A stretch of DNA of 64,000 nt from an uncultured Verrucomicrobiota bacterium (GTDB taxonomy: Bacteria > Verrucomicrobiota > Kiritimatiellia > RZYC01), in contig CAZISY010000002.1 of assembly GCA_964542025.1 (NCBI GenBank), forward strand, positions 28,952 through 92,951, read 5' to 3'. Below, piece by piece: positions 30,863 through 40,616 of the stretch. Made by a program: the position numbers and the translations under genes. The notes beneath the pieces were generated by a model. That model was not told where the DNA came from. It made no database searches and saw only the letters and a program-made list of their open reading frames with translations. Position 1 is the stretch's first letter; each line of letters starts with the position of its first letter.

Positions 30863-31597
30863 ATGACCATTGAATATAAAGTCAAATCCATTGCCCGGCA
30901 GAATGCCTTTTCAAAATACCGTTCCATGATGTATGGCGATCTGCCGCTGGCGCGTGTTGTGCTGGCCGAAGTGTTTATCACGCTGTTCGGCTGGATTCCG
31001 GGTCTTTTGGGCCTGGGGTTGCGGGCGGTTTTTTATCCGCTCATTTTTCCAACCATTGGAAAAAAAGTCGTATTTGGTCGAAATGTGACCATTCGGCATC
31101 CTCAGAAAATTAAAATCGGCAACCATGTGATCATTGACGATAACGCGGTAATTGATGCAAAGGGAGAAGGGAATGAGGGGATCGTACTGGGGGATCATGT
31201 TTACATCGGGCGCAATTCCATAGTCTACTGCAAGGGCGGGAATATCACGCTCGGCGAGAAGGTGAATCTTTCTTCCAATTGTCAGCTGTTTTCGTGCCGG
31301 GAACTTTCGGTTGGCGCTGGGACGATGATCGGAGCCTATTCTTATTTTTTGAGCGGGGGGGAGTATGATCAGAACGATCCCACGCCGTACGCCGAGCAGT
31401 CGGGTATGTGTACAAAAGGGCCCACGAGCATCGGCTCCGATTGCTGGCTGGGGGCGCGGGTGACGGTGCTTGACGGGGTGACGATTGGAGATCGGTGTGT
31501 GATTGCGGCCTGTGCGCTGGTTCATAAACCGGTGCCGGATCATTCTCTGGCCGCCGGCGTACCGGCCCGCGTTATCAAAAGCAATCAGGCGGGCTGA
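30863..31597 (+). CDS. Membrane-anchored left-handed beta-helix (hexapeptide-repeat) acyl/acetyltransferase
   Basis: An N-terminal TM segment (VLAEVFITLFGWIPGLLGLGL) is followed by hexapeptide repeats (IGNHVIIDDNAVID..., IGDRCVIAACALV). Confidence 0.7.
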   Translation: MTIEYKVKSIARQNAFSKYRSMMYGDLPLARVVLAEVFITLFGWIPGLLGLGLRAVFYPLIFPTIGKKVVFGRNVTIRHPQKIKIGNHVIIDDNAVIDAKGEGNEGIVLGDHVYIGRNSIVYCKGGNITLGEKVNLSSNCQLFSCRELSVGAGTMIGAYSYFLSGGEYDQNDPTPYAEQSGMCTKGPTSIGSDCWLGARVTVLDGVTIGDRCVIAACALVHKPVPDHSLAAGVPARVIKSNQAG

Positions 31598-31600
31598 GGA

Positions 31601-33079
31601 ATGGCCTCGCGAATTGTGCTGACGGCCATCAACGCGCGATACAGTCATTCAGCCCACGGAATTCGCTGTCTTTATGCCAACATGGGCGAACTCAAAGACG
31701 ATACGTCGCTTTTGGAGTTCGATCTCCATGCGGCGCCGGAGTTGATTGCCCGGCAGATCCTGGATCGGCGCCCGGATATTGCAGGATTCAGCGTTTATAT
31801 TTGGAACACGCCGCTCGTGGAGGCGGTCCTTCGGGCTGTTCGGAATGAATCAGGCCGGAGAATGGCGATTGTATGCGGCGGACCGGAAGCCGGTTATTTG
31901 CCGGATGTGCATCCGCTGGTTCAGCTTTGCGATTATCGTGTGCGGGGGGAGGGGGAATCGGTTTTCCCGGAACTCTGTAGGAATCTGCTGAGCGGAATGG
32001 CGCCCGGGGAAAAACATATCACCGCCTCGCCACCGGATTTGGCTGAGATGGTGCTTCCGTATGAGACGTATAGCGATGAAGACCTTGCGCACCGCATGCT
32101 TTACGTGGAAGCCTCCCGGGGATGTCCTTTTCAATGCGACTATTGTTTGTCGTCACTCGACGGGGGCGTTCGTTTTTTCCCGCTCGAACGATTGCTGCCC
32201 GCCTTTCAGCGTTTAATTGATCGGGGTGCGCGGAACTTCAAATTTCTGGATCGCTGTTTCAATATTCGGGATGATCACGCCCTGGCCATTCTATCGTTTT
32301 TCCAGAAGCATTTGGCGCCGGGTATGTCTCTTCATTTGGAGTTGATACCAGATCGGTTGAGTTCGCCCCTTCGCGCTGCGTTGTGCGCTTTTCCATCCGG
32401 GGTACTGCATGTGGAAGCCGGGATTCAAACCTACGATCCCTCGGTGGCGGAACGTATTCATCGAAGGTGCCACACTGAAACGGCGGACGCTAATATCCGG
32501 TTTCTGGTGAGAAACGCCGGAGCTACGGTGCATGCCGATTTGATTGCCGGGCTGCCGGGTGAGTCGCTTCAGCAATTCGCAAAGGGATTTGATCGGCTGT
32601 ATCACGCCGGGGCGCAGGAAATACAGGTCGGTATTCTGAAACGCCTGCACGGGACGCCGATTGATCGGCACCGGGAAGAATGGTCTATGGTTTACAACCC
32701 GGATCCCCCGTATGAAGTGATTTCCACATCCGCCCTGTCCGGCGCGGAGGTCGTGCAGATTCAACACTATGCCGATTACTGGGAAAGCCTGCACAATCGG
32801 CGGCAGTTTCCGGAAAGCATGGCACTGATTGCAGGGACACAGGCATCCATATTTAATGCCTTTATGAAACTTTCCGGGTATCTGTTTGAGCGGTTCGAAA
32901 AAACACATGCGATTCCGATGCTGGAGATGATGCGCGCATTGTTTGATTATCTGACGCGGGAAGAGGCCCTTCATCCATCCCGGGTTGCGCAGGCGCTGCT
33001 GAACGATTATCTGCAGGGCGGGCGGCGCAGCAAACCCCCGCGCTACCTAATGGAACAGGCCGACTCGGCGCAGGAATGA
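31601..33079 (+). CDS. B12-binding domain radical SAM protein (DUF4080-like C-terminus)
   Basis: N-terminal cobalamin-binding-like region and a canonical CxxxCxxC motif (ASRGCPFQCDYCLSS). 4 bp downstream of the acyltransferase. Confidence 0.75.
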   Translation: MASRIVLTAINARYSHSAHGIRCLYANMGELKDDTSLLEFDLHAAPELIARQILDRRPDIAGFSVYIWNTPLVEAVLRAVRNESGRRMAIVCGGPEAGYLPDVHPLVQLCDYRVRGEGESVFPELCRNLLSGMAPGEKHITASPPDLAEMVLPYETYSDEDLAHRMLYVEASRGCPFQCDYCLSSLDGGVRFFPLERLLPAFQRLIDRGARNFKFLDRCFNIRDDHALAILSFFQKHLAPGMSLHLELIPDRLSSPLRAALCAFPSGVLHVEAGIQTYDPSVAERIHRRCHTETADANIRFLVRNAGATVHADLIAGLPGESLQQFAKGFDRLYHAGAQEIQVGILKRLHGTPIDRHREEWSMVYNPDPPYEVISTSALSGAEVVQIQHYADYWESLHNRRQFPESMALIAGTQASIFNAFMKLSGYLFERFEKTHAIPMLEMMRALFDYLTREEALHPSRVAQALLNDYLQGGRRSKPPRYLMEQADSAQE

Positions 33080-33173
33080 GGCGTGTGCGTTTCGGTATTC
33101 AGAGTTCCCTGTTGAAAAGCGGAACGCGGTTTCGGTATCATGCCGAAAACCCCCTTGAAAGTGACGGAGCGTA

Positions 33174-33737
33174 ATGAGTTTTACATTCAAACAGTTGGCG
33201 ATTCCCGATGTCTGTCTGATTGATGCGCAGCTTTTCAAAGATGATCGCGGCTATTTCCTGATGTCGTATCGGGAGTCGTTTTTTGAAGCAAACGGGCTTT
33301 CAGTACGGTTTGTGCAGGACAATGTTTCGCGTTCCGCGCGCGGCGTTTTGCGTGGGCTGCATTATCAGAAGAATCCTTCAGCTCAGGGCAAGCTCGTGAT
33401 GCCGCTGCAGGGAGAGATTTTTGATGTGGCGGTGGACATTCGGCGCGGTTCGCCCACCTACGGTAAGTGGGTGGGAGAACATTTGCAGGCGGGAACGGGA
33501 CGCATGATGTACATTCCGCCCGGATTTGCGCATGGGTTCTGTGTCTTGAGCGACGAGGCCGTCTTCACCTACAAAGTCACTGCAGAGTACGATCCCGCCC
33601 GTGAACGGGGAATTCGGTGGAACGACCCGACCATTGCCGTGGATTGGCCGTTGCAGAATCCGGTTTTATCGGCACGGGATTCCCGGCAGCCCATGCTCGC
33701 GGAGGCCGATGCGGATTTTTTGTACTCGGCTGTATGA
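33174..33737 (+). CDS. rfbC: dTDP-4-dehydrorhamnose 3,5-epimerase
   Basis: 187-aa cupin. RfbC motifs include DDRGYF, LRGLHYQ and FAHGFCVLSD. Confidence 0.85.
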   Translation: MSFTFKQLAIPDVCLIDAQLFKDDRGYFLMSYRESFFEANGLSVRFVQDNVSRSARGVLRGLHYQKNPSAQGKLVMPLQGEIFDVAVDIRRGSPTYGKWVGEHLQAGTGRMMYIPPGFAHGFCVLSDEAVFTYKVTAEYDPARERGIRWNDPTIAVDWPLQNPVLSARDSRQPMLAEADADFLYSAV

Positions 33738-34104
33738 CGGGCTCCATCACGCCATGATATTGATATAGCGCCCTACCCGGGGAAGGCGAGGTTCAGCGGT
33801 GATGGGATCCGCATCCATCAGGATGTTTTCTGATGGCTGCATGGCGGAGGAGGCGTGTCGGATGGGTTGAAACCCAGCGGCGATTCGGTAATCGGCCATA
33901 GCTTTTAAGGCATCCTGAACCATGATCTGCTGATTCTGTTGAATTTCCATACAACCATCCTTCCGCCATTCCCCTTAGCAGGACGCCTGCCACGAGCCAT
34001 TTGTGAATGGCGCTGCCTGAATTCAGTTTATTCTTTTCAGGCACTGGGTTAGATTCTGTGGGGTTTGGGCGGTACGTTGGCGGATCGGCGAGGAGTTTTG
34101 GACT

Positions 34105-37100
34105 ATGAAAAGCCCTGGATTGAGAAAGCAATGGATGGCCCTGGCAGGTCTGATCGCCATCCTGTTATTCCTTTATACATCACCGGCGAATTCTGACCGG
34201 CCGCTTACGGATACTGCCGCGCAAACCGTGAATGAAAGTCCCGCTATTTCTGTTCCTGACGCGGAATCGCGATGGCATGGATTTATCATACCGAGTGTGG
34301 TCGCTTTCGGGGCTGCGGGGCTGTTCGCCGCCCTGTTGGTGCTGGTTTGGCGGCGCGAACAACGAATGCAGGCACGAAATGGGCAATTGCTGGCCACCCT
34401 CGGTGAAGGCGTATACGGGATTGACAGGGAGGGTCGCTGCATTTTCGTCAACGCCGCCGCATTGAAAATTCTTGGATTTCTGGAAGAGGAGGTGCTGGGA
34501 AAAGATCAGCACAGCCTTTTTCATGAGAAGAATTGCGAGGAATCCCCCTCGTCCGGCGGGGAATGTCCGGCGCTGTCAGCCATTCGAGATGGAGCGGAGC
34601 GCCACTTGTACTTGGAATTTCGTCATAAAGACGGCCACGCCATTCTTGTTGAAGCCGATGTGCGGGCGCTGGTGGAACGGGGAGAGCGGGTCGGCGCTGT
34701 TGTCGCCTTTCAGGATGTCACGGAACGCCGCCGACTTGAACGCCAACTGGCTGAACGAAGCGCTCTGTTAAGCAATTTGCTCGATTCCATCCCTGATCTG
34801 ATTTTCTTCAAGGATCTGAACGGAGTCTATTTGGGATGCAATGCGCCCGTAGCTCGGCTCGCCGGGCGAACGGCCGGGGAAATGATCGGCCTGACGGACT
34901 ATGATCTTTTTCCCAAAGAAATGGCAGAAGCATGCCACCTCAATGACCTGAAAATGATGAATGATGGTGTCAGCCGACACAGCGATGAATGGGTGATTTA
35001 TCCGGATGGGCGGAGAGTTCTCCATGATACGCTGAAGGCACCGTTGAAAGATGAGACCGGAAAGGTGATCGGACTGCTCGGGGTAGCGCGCGACATCACG
35101 GAACGAACGCGCATGATGCAGTCGGTCAAAGACAGCGAATCCAATTTCAGGACTTTTTTCGAAAGTATGACCGACTTGATATTTGTGTTGAGCCCGAATG
35201 GACGCATTGTTTTTGCCAATAGCGCTGTGACTTCTAAACTCGGTTATTCTCCGGAGGAACTCGGTACGATGGATTTGACGGATGTGCATGCGAAAAACCG
35301 TCAAAAAGAATTGGTCGAAGTGCTGGATGAAGCGATTCAAAAAAAATGTGCGGGATGTACTGTTCCGTTATCCGCAAAAAATGGATTTTTGCTATCTGTG
35401 GATACAAAACTCTGGTTCGGCGTGTGGAATGGAGAAACGTGTATCTTCGCACTATCCAAGGATATGACTGCGGAGATGGAAGCCCGCGAGCGGTTTGAGA
35501 AACTCTTCCGCAATAACCCCGCCATTATGACGCTGACGACCTATCCGGAACGGCGTTTCATCGATGTAAACGATGCCTTTTTAAAGGTGCTGGGCTATTC
35601 CCGCCAGGACGTGATCGGGAAAACAGTTCCGGAGTTGAATTTGTATCTGCATGAAGACGACCAGAAGTCTATCGGAGATATAATGAGGCAGGATGGACGC
35701 ATCCTGAATTGCGAGGTGGCATTTCGCCGCAAGGATGGAACGCCGCTTGTAGCTTTGTTTTCCGGAGAGCTCGTGGTGACCCGTGAACAGGAATGCTTTA
35801 TGTCGGTTATCCTTGATATTACTGATCGTAAAAAAATAGAATGCACACTGCAGGAGGAACGATACAGACTGGCCAGCATTCTGGAAGGAACGCGGACCGG
35901 CACCTGGGAGTGGAATGTTCAGACCGGCGATACGGTCTTTAACGAAACCTGGGCGCAGATCTGTGGCTACACGCTCGAAGAATTGGTGCCGGTTTCGATC
36001 AATACCTGGGCGTCCCTTGTGCATCCGGATGATATGGCTCTTTCAAACGATCTGCTGGAACAGCATTTCCGGGGAGATTCAACGGAGTATGAGTTTGAAT
36101 GCCGGATGAAACATAAAGAGGGACACTGGGTATGGGTGCATGATCGGGGGCGTGTGTTTACGCGGACCGAAGATGGAAAGCCGCTGATGATGTATGGCAC
36201 ACACAGCGATATTACGCGGCGAAAAGTGAATGAACAGGCCATGAAGGAACGCGAGGCCTGCCTTCGGGCGATTCTCGATAATTTCCCGTTTCTGGTGTGG
36301 TTGAAAGATACAGAGGGACATTTTTTGGCCGTGAATGAACTGTTCGCCCGAGCCTGTGGCCAGTCCGGAGCCGCTCAAGTCGTCGGAAAGACGGATTGGG
36401 ATGTGTGGCCTCGGGAAATGGCTGCTCTTTATGTGAAAGATGATCAGGAAGTCCTGGAAGAACGCGTAAAGAAAAACGTGGAAGAACCCATTGCGGATCA
36501 AGGGGACGTCAAGTGGTTTGAAACGTTCAAGACGCCCATTGTGGATGCCGCCGGGCGACTGGTCGGCACCACCGGATTTTCGCGCGACATCACCCAGAGG
36601 AAGGCTGTCGAAGAAGAACTGCTAAACACCAATGCGGCACTTGCACGGGCCATTGAACGGGCCAACCAAATGGCCATGGAGGCAACAGCCGCCAACGCCG
36701 CGAAATCCGAATTTCTCGCCAATATGAGTCATGAAATCCGAACGCCGATGAACGCCATTATCGGGTTTGCGGAAATCCTGGCCGGATCACTGGTCGAAAA
36801 ACGGCAAAAAGACCAGGCGGGAGTTATTGCGCGATCGGCCCAGTCGCTCCTGGTGCTGATCAATGATATCCTGGACCTTTCCAAAATTGAAGCAGGGCGG
36901 ATGGATATGCACCCGCACTCGTTTTCGCTCAGCGGCCTACTGCAGGAAGTTGATGTGATATTCAGACAGCGAGCGAATGAAAAGGGCATAAAACTGCGTG
37001 TAATACCCGATCATACCGTGCCGGCAGGCATTGTTTTGGATGAAGTACGCCTTCGGCAGATTCTCGTGAATCTAGTGGGAAACGCGGTGAAGTTCACCTC

Positions 37101-38181
37101 GTCGGGCTCGGTGGACGTGACGGCCGCGGCAACTCCAGCCGGGTACAAAGAAGGTCGTGTCAGCCTGCAGATTGCGGTTACGGATTCCGGCATTGGAGTC
37201 CCGGATGCATTTAAAGAACGCATCTTTCAGGTGTTTGAGCAGGCACCCAATCAGGATCACGCGGTGTATGGCGGCACGGGTCTCGGATTGGCGATATCGC
37301 AACGGTTGGCCAATGCCATGGGAGGGCGTATCGAAGTGGCTGATAATCCTTCCGGTCGGGGGGTCGTCTTTACGCTGATTATTCCTGACGTTCCTGTAGT
37401 CCGGGATGCCGAAGCTATTCCCGCCGATAAACAGGAAGAAGAGATTCCTGATGTTAAGTTTGGACATGGGCTCACGCTGCTGATTGCCGATGATGTGGAA
37501 AACAATCGCGCTCTGATACGTTTATATCTGGAGGATTCAGGGATTGAGTTGCTGGAGGCAGAGAATGGCCGGCGCGCCCTGGAACTCATTATGAGCCGGC
37601 GGCCGGATTTGGTGTTGGCCGATATAAAGATGCCGGAAATGGACGGATGGGAATTGCTGCAGGCACTGCGCTCTTCGGAAGAGCCTGAGATTCGGAATGT
37701 GCCGGTGATTGCCGTGACGGCCTCTGTGTTTATACCTGACATGGAGCTAAACGCCCAGACGTTTGACGGCCTGCTGATTAAGCCGGTTTCCAAGGCGATG
37801 ATCATTCAGGAACTGATGCGCTTTCTGCCGCATATCATGATGGCGCAGAATACGCAGCGACCTTTGCCCTCACCCGAACGGGCGGGCGCTGATGAACGGC
37901 CTGCCGATCCGGCTGCTTTCGAAAAGGAAGTGCGTGAGCAGGTGTTGCCGGAAATCACCATTGTTCAAAAAACGGCACACATCAATAAATCGAAACAGCT
38001 CGCGCAACACCTTGCCGAATTGGGCATACGACACCAGCTGGCAATGTTGGAACGATTCGGGATCGAGCTAAGCGACGCCGCCCAGGCGTTTCAGGTTCCT
38101 CAAATTAAAAATGTCCTCGTGCAGACAGAAAACTATTTGAATGCGCTTCTGCTAACGGTGTCTTCCAACAAACCTAAATAA
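34105..38181 (+). CDS. Multi-PAS hybrid sensor histidine kinase/response regulator with a possible C-terminal Hpt-like domain
   Basis: 1358 aa. Signal/TM N-terminus; at least six PAS/PAC modules; HisKA (ANMSHEIRTPMNAIIGFAEIL); HATPase (GTGLGLAISQRL); REC (LLIADDVENNR...ADIKMPEMDG). An extra ~160-aa tail has an AHINKSKQLAQHL motif resembling Hpt. Confidence 0.8.
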   Translation: MKSPGLRKQWMALAGLIAILLFLYTSPANSDRPLTDTAAQTVNESPAISVPDAESRWHGFIIPSVVAFGAAGLFAALLVLVWRREQRMQARNGQLLATLGEGVYGIDREGRCIFVNAAALKILGFLEEEVLGKDQHSLFHEKNCEESPSSGGECPALSAIRDGAERHLYLEFRHKDGHAILVEADVRALVERGERVGAVVAFQDVTERRRLERQLAERSALLSNLLDSIPDLIFFKDLNGVYLGCNAPVARLAGRTAGEMIGLTDYDLFPKEMAEACHLNDLKMMNDGVSRHSDEWVIYPDGRRVLHDTLKAPLKDETGKVIGLLGVARDITERTRMMQSVKDSESNFRTFFESMTDLIFVLSPNGRIVFANSAVTSKLGYSPEELGTMDLTDVHAKNRQKELVEVLDEAIQKKCAGCTVPLSAKNGFLLSVDTKLWFGVWNGETCIFALSKDMTAEMEARERFEKLFRNNPAIMTLTTYPERRFIDVNDAFLKVLGYSRQDVIGKTVPELNLYLHEDDQKSIGDIMRQDGRILNCEVAFRRKDGTPLVALFSGELVVTREQECFMSVILDITDRKKIECTLQEERYRLASILEGTRTGTWEWNVQTGDTVFNETWAQICGYTLEELVPVSINTWASLVHPDDMALSNDLLEQHFRGDSTEYEFECRMKHKEGHWVWVHDRGRVFTRTEDGKPLMMYGTHSDITRRKVNEQAMKEREACLRAILDNFPFLVWLKDTEGHFLAVNELFARACGQSGAAQVVGKTDWDVWPREMAALYVKDDQEVLEERVKKNVEEPIADQGDVKWFETFKTPIVDAAGRLVGTTGFSRDITQRKAVEEELLNTNAALARAIERANQMAMEATAANAAKSEFLANMSHEIRTPMNAIIGFAEILAGSLVEKRQKDQAGVIARSAQSLLVLINDILDLSKIEAGRMDMHPHSFSLSGLLQEVDVIFRQRANEKGIKLRVIPDHTVPAGIVLDEVRLRQILVNLVGNAVKFTSSGSVDVTAAATPAGYKEGRVSLQIAVTDSGIGVPDAFKERIFQVFEQAPNQDHAVYGGTGLGLAISQRLANAMGGRIEVADNPSGRGVVFTLIIPDVPVVRDAEAIPADKQEEEIPDVKFGHGLTLLIADDVENNRALIRLYLEDSGIELLEAENGRRALELIMSRRPDLVLADIKMPEMDGWELLQALRSSEEPEIRNVPVIAVTASVFIPDMELNAQTFDGLLIKPVSKAMIIQELMRFLPHIMMAQNTQRPLPSPERAGADERPADPAAFEKEVREQVLPEITIVQKTAHINKSKQLAQHLAELGIRHQLAMLERFGIELSDAAQAFQVPQIKNVLVQTENYLNALLLTVSSNKPK

Positions 38182-38200
38182 ATGTGAGGGATCAAAACGT

Positions 38201-39352
38201 ATGACAGCAGAAACCACGGGCTGGCCAAACATACTCGTCGTGGATGACATGCCGCAAAACCTGCAGGTAGTCGGAGAGCATTTGGCCGGCAAGCTGAATT
38301 GCAATTTGTATTTTGCCACAAACGGTGCAGAAGCGCTGGAGTCGGTCCGTGTCATTCATCCGGATTTAATGCTGCTTGATGTGATGATGCCGGACATGGA
38401 TGGCTACGAACTCTGCCGCCGGTTCAAAGAGCAGGCTGAAACCGCTGAAATCCCCATTCTTTTCCTTACGGCACGGGTCGATAAGAACGATGTGATCAAA
38501 GGATTGGAATGCGGAGCGGCGGACTATATCACCAAGCCGTTTAATGCCGCGGAACTGATATCGCGCGTCAAGACGCACCTGAAAATCCGCGAATCTGCGG
38601 TGGTGATCGCAAGACAAAATGAAGAGCTGCGCCAACTGCTGCGCATTCTTTGCCACGACCTGGCTAATCCGGTGGGCTGTTTTTCCAGTTTGATTGCGCT
38701 GCTGGATACCCCCGAAGACCTGCCGGAGATCCGTGAGCACATGCAGAGCATGGCCGATTCCGCTATGGCGCTGATTGACGTGGTTCGGCAATTGAGAGCG
38801 ATGGATGAAGGAAAAATTGTGCCGGCAATGAAGTCCTGCAAACTGGCGGACTTATGTCATGAAGCGGTTCGAACCGTGGAGCATCGCTTGGGGCAAAAAG
38901 AGGTGACCGTACGGTGTGAGGTTCCTGAGGAGCTGGCTGTGTATGTGGAACCAACGCTGTTTGTTCATTCGGTGCTGTGCAATATGCTCACCAATGCCGC
39001 GAAATTTTCACCGCGAGGCGCTGAGGTGACGGTGAAGGCGAAGCTGTCACCTGATTCAGACCGGGTGATATTGGGAATTGCGGATTCCGGCATAGGAATA
39101 CCGCCTGCCATTCTGGAAGTCCTGTTCGATCCGGCAAGGCAGACAAGTCGGCCCGGTACGGAAGGGGAGGCGGGTACCGGGTTCGGTATGCTGCTGGCGA
39201 AAAAATTTATTGAGCAATGCGGCGGAACGCTTGCCGTAACATCACAGACGGAAGCGGATTCGCCCCGGCAGCACGGCACGACCGTCACCCTCAGACTGCC
39301 TGCCCATATTTACTCAGCGAGTGAACGAAATAATACCCTGTTGCGTTCATAG
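38201..39352 (+). CDS. Response-regulator receiver fused to histidine kinase (REC-HisKA-HATPase)
   Basis: N-terminal REC (ILVVDDMPQN, LLDVMMPDMDG, KP), then LCHDLANPVG (HisKA) and a C-terminal ATPase domain (G-box GTGFGMLL). Confidence 0.8.
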   Translation: MTAETTGWPNILVVDDMPQNLQVVGEHLAGKLNCNLYFATNGAEALESVRVIHPDLMLLDVMMPDMDGYELCRRFKEQAETAEIPILFLTARVDKNDVIKGLECGAADYITKPFNAAELISRVKTHLKIRESAVVIARQNEELRQLLRILCHDLANPVGCFSSLIALLDTPEDLPEIREHMQSMADSAMALIDVVRQLRAMDEGKIVPAMKSCKLADLCHEAVRTVEHRLGQKEVTVRCEVPEELAVYVEPTLFVHSVLCNMLTNAAKFSPRGAEVTVKAKLSPDSDRVILGIADSGIGIPPAILEVLFDPARQTSRPGTEGEAGTGFGMLLAKKFIEQCGGTLAVTSQTEADSPRQHGTTVTLRLPAHIYSASERNNTLLRS

Positions 39353-39468
39353 AGCCTATCCCGAAACGCATGGAAAAAGAGCTTCGGAAAATCTTTGTGA
39401 TGCACTTGACCTGCCGTCCGTAGATTCATACCCTCGCGCATTCAAAACCGGACCAAAGGAAGACCACC

Positions 39469-40594
39469 ATGCAAAATGATTTCTTGGAAACCTTTAAGCG
39501 ATTAGAACAGCAGTTGATCGAGATGCGGGGGTATCTTTGACGTAGATCAAAAAACGCAGCAACTGGAAGATTTGGAAATGGAGGCGCAGCAGCCCGGATT
39601 CTGGAATGATCAGAATCGGGCGCGTGAGATTATCGCCCGAACGAATACCCTGAAAGCCGTGCTTACCCCCTGCGTGAACATTCAAAACGCACTGGATGAC
39701 GCCCGGGTGATGATGGAGCTGGCTGAAGAGGAGCCGGATGCCGCTCAGCGCGAGCAGGCGGAAGAAGAGGCGATGCGTCAGCTCACCGCCGTGGAGGGTG
39801 ATATGCGGCAGCTGGAAATGCGGTCGCTGCTGAGTGGAAAACTGGATGCCAACAATGCGTACCTGAGCATCCATGCGGGCGCGGGCGGCACGGAGTCGTG
39901 CGACTGGGCGGATATCCTGTTTCGGATGTACCGGCGGTATGCAGAGTCGCACGGATTCGGGTTGAGCATTCTGGATTACCAGGCGGGTGATGAGGCGGGA
40001 ATCAAGAGTGTTTCTTTTTATGTGCAGGGCGAATATGCCTATGGATATCTGAAGGCGGAACGCGGAGTGCATCGGCTGGTGCGCATCAGTCCGTTCGATG
40101 CCAACAAAAGGCGCCATACCTCGTTTGCATCGCTGGATGTGGTGGCCGAGGTGGATGAGAGTATTGAAGTCAAGATCGAGGAGAAAGACATGCGCGTGGA
40201 CACCTATCGCTCAAGCGGCGCAGGCGGCCAGCATGTGAATACGACCGACTCGGCTATTCGAATCACCCACATGCCCACGGGCATTGTGGTGCAATGCCAG
40301 GCGGAACGTTCGCAGCACAGCAACCGGCAGAAAGCCATGGATATGCTGCGGGCGCGACTGTATGAATATGAGCTTGATCTGCAGAAAAAAGAAATTGAAC
40401 GATTCTATTCCGCCAAGGGGGAGATTGCCTGGGGCGGACAGATGCGGTCCTATGTGCTTCAGCCTTACAAACTGGTAAAGGATCTGCGGACGGATACGGA
40501 AACGTCAAATGTAGATTCCGTGCTGGATGGAAATCTCGACATGTTCATTGAAAGTTATCTGAAATATTCCTGCCGGCAGGCGAAACCCGCCTGA
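39469..40594 (+). CDS. prfB: Peptide chain release factor 2, with programmed +1 ribosomal frameshift at CUU UGA C (39535-39541)
   Basis: Frame 1 reads MQNDFLETFKRLEQQLIEMRGYL and stops at an in-frame TGA (39538-39540). The +1 frame continues DVDQKTQQLEDLEMEAQQPGFWND... to SPF and GGQHVNT (the RF2 GGQ). A Shine-Dalgarno-like GGGGG lies 3 nt upstream of CUU. Confidence 0.85.
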
Positions 40595-40616
40595 GGATTT
40601 GGATTGGGAGAGCAAT

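Noticed and set aside
33747-33950. 67-aa minus-strand ORF in the rfbC-to-sensor-kinase intergenic region
   Set aside because: No ribosome-binding site, no recognisable fold, and it sits where the promoter or leader of the 1358-aa kinase gene is expected. Kept as non-coding unless small-protein evidence appears.
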